Below the pieces are notes generated by a model, which did not search any database, was not told the origin of the DNA, and worked only from the letters and a program-made list of their open reading frames with translations. Below are positions 56,148-64,000 of a stretch of DNA of 64,000 bases, piece after piece; within the stretch, counting starts at the first letter, position 1; every line of letters starts with the position of its first letter. Made by a program: the position numbers and the translations under genes. The DNA is from Alphaproteobacteria bacterium (lineage in GTDB: Bacteria; Pseudomonadota; Alphaproteobacteria; UBA828), in assembly GCA_963667785.2 (NCBI GenBank), contig CAXXMU010000006.1, forward strand, positions 256,001 to 320,000. Direction: 5' to 3'.

Positions 56148-56481
56148 GAATGATCTGAATCGAGTCTTCCACGCGCTCGGCGATCCCACCCGCCGCGCCA
56201 TCCTCGATCGTCTGGCCGAGGGGGAAGCGACCGTCAGCCACCTCTCCCGGCCTTTCGACCTCTCGTTCGCCGCGGTGTCGAAGCATCTCGGCGTGCTCGA
56301 ACGGGCCGGCCTCGTGACGCGCGAAACGCGGGGACGGGAACGGGTGTGCCGGATCAACCCGGCCGCGCTCGAGGACGCCCGCTCATGGCTCGAGTTCCAC
56401 GAGCGCTTCTGGACGGACCGCCTTGAGGCGCTCGAGGCCCTTGTCGGGGCCGCCCCGGACAGACCGGACGAATCGCGATGA
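56140..56481 (+). CDS. ArsR/SmtB family HTH repressor
   Basis: VFHALGDPTRRAIL; AVSKHLGVLERAGLV..GRER. An alternative start at 56128 is possible. Confidence 0.9.
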   Translation: MVENDLNRVFHALGDPTRRAILDRLAEGEATVSHLSRPFDLSFAAVSKHLGVLERAGLVTRETRGRERVCRINPAALEDARSWLEFHERFWTDRLEALEALVGAAPDRPDESR

Positions 56482-56939
56482 CCGAGCTCAAACCATCAGC
56501 GGCAGACACCGAACGAAACATCTACTTGACGCTGCATCGCGTGATCGACGCGCCGGTCGAGGCGGTCTACGCCGCGTGGACCAAGCCGGAGATGCTGCGT
56601 CGCTGGCTGGCGCCCGGCGATACAACGGTCGTGCGCGCGGTCGCCGAGCCCGAGGTCGGCGGAACGTTCCTGGTCGAGATGCGGGGTGCGGACGGGCGGA
56701 AATGGCTCACCCGTGGCCTCTATCGAGAAGTCGTGCCGCACCGTCGGCTGGTTCACACCTGGCGCTGGGAGGGCGCCGAGGTCGAGACGCTGGTCACCGT
56801 CGAGTTCGAGCCGGAGGCGCCCGGCAGGACGCGCCTGACCCTGACTCACTCCCGGTTCGCGGACGACGAGGCGCGCGACGAGCACGTGCGGGGCTGGAGC
56901 GGCTGCCTCGCGAAACTGGAGGCGTTGTGGGCGGGATGA
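56478..56939 (+). CDS. SRPBCC/AHSA1-like domain protein
   Basis: RVIDAPVEAVYAAWT.PE...RW; G.Y.EV.P..RLVHTW; H..GW..CLAKL. Confidence 0.9.
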   Translation: MTELKPSAADTERNIYLTLHRVIDAPVEAVYAAWTKPEMLRRWLAPGDTTVVRAVAEPEVGGTFLVEMRGADGRKWLTRGLYREVVPHRRLVHTWRWEGAEVETLVTVEFEPEAPGRTRLTLTHSRFADDEARDEHVRGWSGCLAKLEALWAG

Positions 56940-57856
56940 ACCGGATCGCGCCGGCCCGTCGTCCAGACTGGGTGTCGGACGACATGTATCCCTTCGAGAG
57001 CAGGTTCTTCGCCACCGAGTCGGGGCACCGGATGCACGTCGTCGACGAGGGCGAGGGCGAGCCGATCGTGTTCGTGCACGGCAACCCGGCCTGGTCGTTC
57101 GAATTCCGTCATGTAATCCGGGAGCTTCGTGCGGAGTTTCGCTGCGTCGCGCCGGATCATATCGGCTTCGGCCTGTCGTCGCGCAGCAGCCAACGCGAGG
57201 ACCATCATCCGGAAAGTCACGCGCAGAGGTTCGCCGCCCTGCTCGACCGTCTCGACCTTCGCGACATCACGCTCTTCATGAACGACTGGGGCGGGCCCAT
57301 CGGCCTCGACTTCGCGCGCAGGCATCCGGAGCGCGTCCGTCGTCTCGTCATCGCGAATACCTGGTGCTGGCCGGTCGGCGACGACTTCCACTTCAAGGCG
57401 TTCAGCTTCCTGATGTCGAGCTGGATCGGCCAGTACCTCATCCGGCGCCGCAACATGTTCGTGAACAGGGTGATGCCGAAGGCGGTGGGGGATCGAAGCA
57501 TCCTGACGCCGGAGATCATGGCGCATTACCGCAACGCGCAGCCGACGTCCGATACGCGGGCCGCCATGGCAGCCTTCCCGGGTCACATCGTCGGCGCGGG
57601 CGACTGGCTGCGCTCGATCTGGGAGGACCGCGCGGCCTTTGCCGACAAGCCGGCGCTCCTTCTCTGGGGCCTGAAGGACATTGCGTTCCGAAGGAAGGAA
57701 CTCGAACGGTGGACGTCCGTTCTGCCGGACCATGAGCTGCACGAGTTCGAGGACTGCGGGCACTTTCTCGCGGAAGAGACGCCCGACAGGGTCGCATCCG
57801 CGCTCCGGGACTTCATGGAGCGAGCGGGATTCCGGCCCGGCGAGCGAGAAGGCTGA
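56936..57856 (+). CDS. Haloalkane dehalogenase/OleB-like alpha/beta hydrolase
   Basis: YPFESR, HGNPAWS, APDHIGFGLS, DWGGPIG, WGLKD and GHF. Confidence 0.85.
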   Translation: MNRIAPARRPDWVSDDMYPFESRFFATESGHRMHVVDEGEGEPIVFVHGNPAWSFEFRHVIRELRAEFRCVAPDHIGFGLSSRSSQREDHHPESHAQRFAALLDRLDLRDITLFMNDWGGPIGLDFARRHPERVRRLVIANTWCWPVGDDFHFKAFSFLMSSWIGQYLIRRRNMFVNRVMPKAVGDRSILTPEIMAHYRNAQPTSDTRAAMAAFPGHIVGAGDWLRSIWEDRAAFADKPALLLWGLKDIAFRRKELERWTSVLPDHELHEFEDCGHFLAEETPDRVASALRDFMERAGFRPGEREG

Positions 57857-58039
57857 CCTGCGCGTGTGTGGGGAGCGGCGAAATCCATCCGCTCGAGAGC
57901 GGCGCCCGACGGGATAAGAACGAGTCAGCGCGGCGGAAGTTGCCGACGACTGCGACGCGTTGCGCAGGGATAGGCGGTCAGGGATGTCCGCCCGGAGTCC
58001 ACGGTCGCCAGGACCGCCGCGACATCGATATGGAGCGAC

Positions 58040-59071
58040 TCAGCCGGGCTTGCGGGCGACGAAACAGTAGAGCGGCGTGAATATGCCCATCTTGCCGCCC
58101 GCGACGTAGGCGTTGGCCGTTCTGTCCATCAATTGAATAAGGTCCGCAGAACCCTTCGGAAAGAACCGGAACGCCTCCGCCAATCGCAGACCCGCGAATA
58201 TCGCCTTGCGGCCCAGGGGCGTCCTGCGAAACGCATTGCGCAACGTGCCGCTCTGACCTTCCATGGGTCGATACCACCCTACGCCCTGGCCTTCCCTGTC
58301 GTCCCTGTCCGCCGCTTCGATGACGTCGTATCCCGCAGCCTCAAGCGCGCGATTCACCTCGGCGAACGTGGCGATCTCTTTCAGGGCGATCCCCAGCTTG
58401 AGTTCATGCTTGGCGGTGCGGTGAAGGCTGTCGTCGGGGTCGAACTTTTCTGTCATGCACATCTCCTGACCCCACAGCCGGGCTCCCGGTTTCAGCACAC
58501 GATAGATCTCCGCAAACGCGCGCTCCTTGTCCGGCGCATGGCACGTCGACTCGATCGCATAGCCCGCATCGAACGAGTCGGCTTCAATCGCGCTCATATC
58601 CATGAAGTTGCATTTGACGTACTCGGCCATGTCGTCGAGCCCCGCCTCGACGTTCCTCCGCCTGGCCTCTTCCAGCTGCCGTTCGTTATTGTTGATGCAG
58701 ACGACCCTGACGCCGCTTTCGCGGGCAACCCGCCGCATGGGGCCGCCCACTCCGCAGCCGACATCGACGACCACCATGCCCTCTCGCAAGCCCAGCTTTT
58801 CGATCATCAGGCGCTGATGGCGAATGATCGATTCTTCCAGCGATTCCCCGCGCGTCAATGGCGCAAAGTGCAGGGATTCGCTCCACCCGAATTGCATGAT
58901 GTCGTTGCACAATGAATAGTAATCGTTCACCGTTTCGGTGAAGTCATAACTGCTGCCATCGGCTTCAGCCTGCCTCATTCTGTCAGGCCAACCGTGAAAG
59001 CGTGCGACGCGACTACCGACGTCCCGGCCCTGGCGAACGATCTGCAGGAGTCTGAACGGACTTGTCGACAT
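58040..59071 (-). CDS. Sterol C24-methyltransferase (ERG6/SMT)-like SAM-dependent methyltransferase
   Basis: VNDYY...FGWSESLHFAP, DVGCGVGGP.R, YAIESTCHAP, YRVLKPG and GGKMGIFTP. Confidence 0.82.
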   Translation of the reverse strand: MSTSPFRLLQIVRQGRDVGSRVARFHGWPDRMRQAEADGSSYDFTETVNDYYSLCNDIMQFGWSESLHFAPLTRGESLEESIIRHQRLMIEKLGLREGMVVVDVGCGVGGPMRRVARESGVRVVCINNNERQLEEARRRNVEAGLDDMAEYVKCNFMDMSAIEADSFDAGYAIESTCHAPDKERAFAEIYRVLKPGARLWGQEMCMTEKFDPDDSLHRTAKHELKLGIALKEIATFAEVNRALEAAGYDVIEAADRDDREGQGVGWYRPMEGQSGTLRNAFRRTPLGRKAIFAGLRLAEAFRFFPKGSADLIQLMDRTANAYVAGGKMGIFTPLYCFVARKPG

Positions 59072-59261
59072 GTGCCGTTTGTTGAACCTGTTGCGGTTTT
59101 CTGGTCTCGTTAGTGGCGGCAGCGGCGTGAGAAATGTTTGCCGCCGCTACACTGGCTTATTTCCCGACAATAGGGGAGGGATTCACGCGAAGGTGGCGCC
59201 CTTCGCCGCTACCGCCGGGCCTTGCACAGGTCAAGGGCAAAGCCCCTTGATCAACCCGGCC

Positions 59262-59363
59262 CTTGGCACCGCTGGGCCTGACGCACGAATGGAGCGTGCC
59301 ACCGTCGCCGTACATGCCCGGCTTGGCGAGCGATTTCGCCTTCGCAGTGGTCAGCCGTCCCAT
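59262..59363 (-). pseudogene. N-terminal remnant of a P4-like tyrosine integrase (arm-binding domain)
   Basis: MGRLTTAKAKSLAKPGMYGDGGTLHSCVRPSGAK, then homology is lost; sits immediately downstream of tRNA-Asn. Confidence 0.75.
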
Positions 59364-59439
59364 GCAGTCCCCACATCCACACCCACACTCGATCACACAT
59401 TCTGGTGGAATCGAGCGGAACGGACAAGTACGAAAACAA

Positions 59440-59467
59440 GGAAAAAGCCCTGCCGGGGCAGGGCTTT
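59440..59467 (-). terminator. Terminator downstream of tRNA-Asn
   Basis: AAAGCCCTGC-CGGG-GCAGGGCTTT, with a T-run on the minus strand. Confidence 0.6.
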
Positions 59468-59511
59468 AGTGGCTTTCCTGAGAACAGGATGGACCTTGTC
59501 GGTCCTTGATC

Positions 59512-59587
59512 TGGCTCCCCGGGCCGGACTCGAACCAGCGACCCAGCGGTTAACAGCCGCTTGCTCTACCAACTGAGCTACCGGGGA
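59512..59587 (-). tRNA. tRNA-Asn(GTT)
   Basis: Reverse complement TCCCCGGTAGCTCAGTTGGTAGAGCAAGCGGCTGTTAACCGCTGGGTCGCTGGTTCGAGTCCGGCCCGGGGAGCCA. Confidence 0.97.
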
Positions 59588-59711
59588 TCATGGATTGCCT
59601 TCTGGCCGCTCACCTCCCGGCTGAACGTCCATTCTCGCTCCATATAGCACCAAAGGAGCGCCCGTTCCAGACACCCCGGCCCCGGCAAGCGGAGCCGCCC
59701 CAACCGCGGCG

Positions 59712-60869
59712 CTAACCGCCGCCGGGTACCAGGTTGTGCGGCGCCCGGCTGAGGCTCTCGGCGCCGTCGTCCGTGACCGCGTAGGTCTCGCCGAGGGTCA
59801 TGGCGAGCCCTGCATCGCTGTTCGCGAGGATGATGTGGACGAAGAGGACCATGCCCGGCGCCACGACCTGCGGATTGCCGGTGTAGAACATCGGGCCGTC
59901 CATCCACGAGGGCGCGAAGGTCGCGCCGAGGCTGTAGCCGCAGGCGTTGAGGCGATGCTCGCGATAGCCTGCGCGATCGAGCACGCGGGCGTGGGCGTCG
60001 AAGACCTCGCCGAACGTGCGGCCGGGGTGCAGCGTCTCACGGCAGGCGTCCAGCGCGTCCACAGAGGCCCGGTGCATGGCCGCATGCGCCTCCGAGACCG
60101 GGCCGATCACCAGCGTGCGCATGAGCGCGGCGTGATAGCGGCAGTAGGTGCCCGCGAACTCGATGGTGAGTTGGTCCCGCTCCGCGAGCCGGCGCCGCCC
60201 GGCCTTGTCGCGGCAGAGCAGGGCGTCGGCGCCGGAGCTGAGGATGAAGGGGTTTCCCGGATACTCGCCGCCGCCGCGGAAGACGGCCCCCTGCATCGCG
60301 GCGAGGATGTCGCCTTCGAACGCGCCGGGAGCAGCCAGCCTCTCCGCTTCCGCCAGGGCGTCGTCCGCGAGCGCCGCCGCCCGGCGGACGTAGGCAAGCT
60401 CGCTCTCGCTCTTGACCAGGCGAAGCGCGGAGACGAGGTCCGACGCGTCCTCCAGCGTGCAGAAGTCCCCGAACGCCCGCTCGACCGCGAGCCAGTTCGC
60501 GGCCGTGAGGCCCTGGGTGTCGCGCTCGACGCCGATGCGCGCACCGGCCGCGCCGTGCCCGGCCACCACGTCGCGGAGCGCCGCAGCGGGGTCGGCGCCG
60601 GCCTCGTCGACCCAGATGCGGATGTCCTCGATGATCGAGGTGTGCCGCGCCTGACGGAGGTCCGGCGCGCGGGTAAGCAGCGTCATCCGCCCGTCGTGGC
60701 CCAGCCAGAGGCACTGGAAGAAGCAGAACCCGAAGGTGTCGTAGCCGGTCAGGTAGTACATGCTCTCCTGCTTGAAGAGCAGGATGCCCGCGAGGCCGCG
60801 ATCGGTGAGCGCCCGCACCGCCGCAGCGCGGCGCCGCCCGAATTCGTCAGCCGTGAAATGGGTCGCCAT
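59712..60869 (-). CDS. M24 family hydrolase, creatinase/ectoine hydrolase (DoeA)-like
   Basis: HF..DEF..R, MYYLTGYD, R.VKS..E.AY.R.AA, YHAALMRT and CGYSLG; the canonical aminopeptidase P metal ligands are not evident. Confidence 0.8.
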   Translation of the reverse strand: MATHFTADEFGRRRAAAVRALTDRGLAGILLFKQESMYYLTGYDTFGFCFFQCLWLGHDGRMTLLTRAPDLRQARHTSIIEDIRIWVDEAGADPAAALRDVVAGHGAAGARIGVERDTQGLTAANWLAVERAFGDFCTLEDASDLVSALRLVKSESELAYVRRAAALADDALAEAERLAAPGAFEGDILAAMQGAVFRGGGEYPGNPFILSSGADALLCRDKAGRRRLAERDQLTIEFAGTYCRYHAALMRTLVIGPVSEAHAAMHRASVDALDACRETLHPGRTFGEVFDAHARVLDRAGYREHRLNACGYSLGATFAPSWMDGPMFYTGNPQVVAPGMVLFVHIILANSDAGLAMTLGETYAVTDDGAESLSRAPHNLVPGGG

Positions 60870-61050
60870 TGCACAGGCACCTTTCGCCAAGTCCCGCATC
60901 CCCTGGCTGCGGACGATAGGGCGCGCCCACGCGGGCGTAAACCGCGCCGATCCCGCCCGCTTGCGCCGCCCCGAGACTACCGCTTCGCGGCGTTTACCGA
61001 TAAGGAAGGCGTCCGTGACCAACGCACCATGTCGAGGCGGGGAAGGCGCG

Positions 61051-63750
61051 ATGCCCGATCGTTTCCAGTTCGGCCAGGTGGCCCGCGTTCCGGCGGAGGC
61101 AGACAATGTCGCGATCGCGACGCGGCGCCTCGAAGCCGGCACCCTCGTCGCCGACGGAGCCGGCGCGTTCCGCCTCCCCCACACGATCCTGGAGGGACAC
61201 CGCTTCGTCCGCGTGCCCGTTGCCGAGGGCGCGCGCCTCACCTCCTGGGGGCTCCCGTTCGGCATCGCGGCCCGCGCGCTGCAGCCGGGCGAGTATGTCT
61301 GCAACGAGAGGATCCTCGCCGCGCTGGCGGAGCGCGACATCGACTTTCCGCTGCCGGACGCCGCCAACTTCGGCGACACCATGGAGACCTACGCGCTGGA
61401 CGAAGCGACCTTCAACGCGGGAGAGCAGGTGGCGCCCGCCGAGGAGCCTGCGACCTTCGCCGGCTTCCGCCGCCCCGGCGGGCGCGGCGTCGGCACCCGG
61501 AACTTCGTCGTCGTGCTGGCCACCACCTCGCGCGCCAACGGCTTCGTGCGCGAGGTCGCGGGCCGGGCCGCGGGACGCGCGCCGGCGGGCGTCGACGGCG
61601 TCGTTGCGGTCACCCATACCGAAGGCGGCGGCAGCGCGCGGCCCAACAATCTGGACCACGTGCTGAGGGTGCTGGCCGGCTTCATCGTGCATCCCAACGT
61701 GGGCGCGGTGCTGGCGGCCGACGACGGCACCGGCGCCTACGCCAACGACGACCTGCGGCGCTTCATGGAAGGCCGCGACGACCCGCTCGACCACGTGCCC
61801 CACGCCTTCTTCCGCATCGAGGGAGAGCACGAGCGGGAGGTGGTGCGCGCGGCGGCGCTGATCGAAGGCTGGCTGCCGGAGGTCGCCGCCCAGCGCCGCA
61901 CGCGCGAGCCCGTGGGCGCGCTGCGGCTCGCGCTCCAGTGCGGCGGCTCGGACGCGTTCTCCGGCGTCTCCGGCAACGCGCTCGCCGGCTGGGTGGCGAG
62001 GGAGGTCATCCGCCACGGAGGCGCGGCCAACCTGGCCGAGACCGACGAGCTCATCGGCGCCGAGCCCTACGTGCTGGAGAACGTGCGCGACGCGGGCACG
62101 GCACGGCGGTTTCTCGGGAAGATCGAGAACTTCAAGCGCTACGCCGCCAACCACGGGGCCACGGCCGAGGGCAACCCCACCGGCGGCAACAACTTCCGCG
62201 GCCTCTACAACATCACGCTGAAGTCGCTCGGGGCCGCCCGCAAGAAGGCGCCCGACGTGCGGCTCGACCACGTCATCGACTACGGCGAGCCCATGCGCGC
62301 GCCCGGCTTCTACTTCATGGACAGCCCCGGCAACGACCTGGAGAGCATCGCGGGCCAGGTGGCGGCTGGCTCCACCCTCATCCTCTTCATCACCGGGAAC
62401 GGCTCGATCACCAACTTCCCCTTCGTGCCGACGCTCAAGTTCGTGACCACCACGGGCCGCTTCGAGCTGCTCGCGAACGAGATGGACGTGAACGCGGGCC
62501 GCTACAACGACGGCATGGAGATGGATGCGCTCGGCGCGGAGACCTTTGAGCTCGCGCTCGACGTCGCCTCCGGGCAGCGCAGCAAGGGCGAGCGCGCGGG
62601 CCACGCCCAGGTCTCGGTCTGGCGCGACTGGCCGCGCACCGGGACGGACGGGCTGGAGGAGATACGCCTGCGGCCGGCACCGGCCGGGCGCCCGCTCGCG
62701 GTGCAGGCAGCGGCTCCCCTCGAGCTTGCCTTCGACGCCGTGGTCACGGGCCAGGGTATCGCCTCCGACCAGGTCGCGCTGGTGATGCCGACGAGCCTTT
62801 GCTCCGGCCAGGTGGCGCGCCTCATCGCCGACGACCTCACGCGGAACCCGCCCGCGTGGAGCGACGTCTCGCGCTTCGTTGCCCTCGTGCATACCGAGGG
62901 CTGCGGCTCGGCCAACGGGGCCGGCCTCTATCTCGACACGCTCACGGGCCACCTCGCGCATCGCTGCGTGCGCCATGCGGTGCTGCTGGAGCATGGCTGC
63001 GAGATGACCCACAACGACGCGGTCCGCCACCATCTCGCCGCGCGCGGCCTGGAGGCGGAGCGCTTCGGCTGGGCGAGCGTGCAGCTCGACGGCGGCATCG
63101 CCCGCGTTCGCGCCAAGGTGGCGGGCCAGCTCGAGGCCATGGCCCGGACCAGCGCCGCGGCGGGGCCCGAGAGACGGCGGGTGGGCGCCGCCGAGATGCG
63201 CCTGGCACTCGCCGCGGACGGGCCCGTGCCGGATTCGATCGGGGCGGCCTTCGGCCGGCTGGCCGCCGGCCTCGTCGCAGCCGGCGCGACCGTGGTCGTA
63301 GCGAGCAGCGGGGGCCTGCTTGGGAATAACGGCTTCCGCCGCGTCCTCCTTCCGGCGGGCGCAGTGGCTGCGGCCTCTCTCGCCTTCGCCCAGCCGGCAG
63401 CGGGCGCGGGGTTCCACGTCATGGAGACGCCCACCGAGAACGCGGTGGAGACCTTCGCCGGGCTGGGTGCTACCGGGGTCGAGCTGATGCTCTGCCACGT
63501 CGGGCGGACCCCGCTGCAGGGCCACCCCATGCTCCCCCTCCTCCAGGTGACGGCCGACGAGGCGGTGGCCGCGCGCTACGGCAGCGATCTCGACCGGGTC
63601 TTCGCGCCAGGGCACAACATTTCCCCTATCGCCGCAGCACTTGCGGCGCTCGTCGCGGAGACGGCCTCCTGCCGCTACCGGCCGGCGCTCTGGTCGCGCG
63701 GAGTCACCGAATTCCAGCTCACCCGCGGCCTGCTCGGCCTCTCCATGTAA
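61051..63750 (+). CDS. UxaA/GarD/SuyAB-family hydro-lyase with an SAF domain and an internally duplicated catalytic module
   Basis: DNVAIA..GHRF SAF domain; GFRRPGG.GVGTRN; CGGSDAFSG; GNPTGGN..GL.NITLKSLGA; a second module with HTEGCG and GCE. Confidence 0.85.
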   Translation: MPDRFQFGQVARVPAEADNVAIATRRLEAGTLVADGAGAFRLPHTILEGHRFVRVPVAEGARLTSWGLPFGIAARALQPGEYVCNERILAALAERDIDFPLPDAANFGDTMETYALDEATFNAGEQVAPAEEPATFAGFRRPGGRGVGTRNFVVVLATTSRANGFVREVAGRAAGRAPAGVDGVVAVTHTEGGGSARPNNLDHVLRVLAGFIVHPNVGAVLAADDGTGAYANDDLRRFMEGRDDPLDHVPHAFFRIEGEHEREVVRAAALIEGWLPEVAAQRRTREPVGALRLALQCGGSDAFSGVSGNALAGWVAREVIRHGGAANLAETDELIGAEPYVLENVRDAGTARRFLGKIENFKRYAANHGATAEGNPTGGNNFRGLYNITLKSLGAARKKAPDVRLDHVIDYGEPMRAPGFYFMDSPGNDLESIAGQVAAGSTLILFITGNGSITNFPFVPTLKFVTTTGRFELLANEMDVNAGRYNDGMEMDALGAETFELALDVASGQRSKGERAGHAQVSVWRDWPRTGTDGLEEIRLRPAPAGRPLAVQAAAPLELAFDAVVTGQGIASDQVALVMPTSLCSGQVARLIADDLTRNPPAWSDVSRFVALVHTEGCGSANGAGLYLDTLTGHLAHRCVRHAVLLEHGCEMTHNDAVRHHLAARGLEAERFGWASVQLDGGIARVRAKVAGQLEAMARTSAAAGPERRRVGAAEMRLALAADGPVPDSIGAAFGRLAAGLVAAGATVVVASSGGLLGNNGFRRVLLPAGAVAAASLAFAQPAAGAGFHVMETPTENAVETFAGLGATGVELMLCHVGRTPLQGHPMLPLLQVTADEAVAARYGSDLDRVFAPGHNISPIAAALAALVAETASCRYRPALWSRGVTEFQLTRGLLGLSM

Positions 63751-63879
63751 GGGAGACGGGATACGCGGGCGGGCGCCCGGTTGCGCCCCCGGCTGAATCG
63801 TGGCACATCACCGGCGCGGCGCGACCGCCGCCGGCGAGGCCCCAAGCGGGTTGCCCGCGGCTTTCTCTCCGCCGCGTGT

Positions 63880-63954
<75 letters not shown>

Positions 63955-63955
<1 letters not shown>

Positions 63956-63991
63956 AAATCCCCTCTATATCAATGCATTAGAGGGGATTTT
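63955..63991 (+). terminator. Perfect 13-bp inverted repeat directly after tRNA-Lys
   Basis: AAAATCCCCTCTA-N11-TAGAGGGGATTTT. Confidence 0.65.
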
Positions 63992-64000
63992 CATTTGGTG

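Noticed and set aside
54930-59260. Direct repeat of the tRNA-Asn 3' end marking the far boundary of that island
   Set aside because: No copy of TGGCTCCCCGGGCC was seen by eye, so the boundary remains undefined.

Overview
A very GC-rich alphaproteobacterial chromosome segment; the gene order suggests a Rhodospirillales-like organism, which is an inference. The left half (1-31 kb) is mostly core genes: rpoD-dnaG-yqeY, carA-carB-greA and thrS-infC-rpmI-rplT-pheS-pheT-lepA. It is interrupted by a compact corrinoid methyl-transfer cluster (non-pyrrolysine MttB, RACo/RamA-like ATPase, MeTr, DUF1638, corrinoid protein, GlxA/GbdR-type regulator with a recognisable operator, acuI). Between inward-facing tRNA-Ser(GGA) (31209) and tRNA-Asn(GTT) (59587) lies a ~28 kb accessory region with two parts. 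The first is a ~23.6 kb integrase-less island bounded by a degenerate repeat of the tRNA-Ser 3' end; it carries one TRAP and two peptide-type ABC importers plus an uncharacterised, partly Rut-like catabolic enzyme set. The second holds a nitroreductase, an ArsR-SRPBCC-dehalogenase-like operon, a eukaryote-type sterol C24-methyltransferase homologue and a P4-type integrase remnant. The window ends with a creatinase/DoeA-like M24 hydrolase, an internally duplicated UxaA-family protein and tRNA-Lys(CTT). All calls come from reading motifs by eye; no database searches were run.
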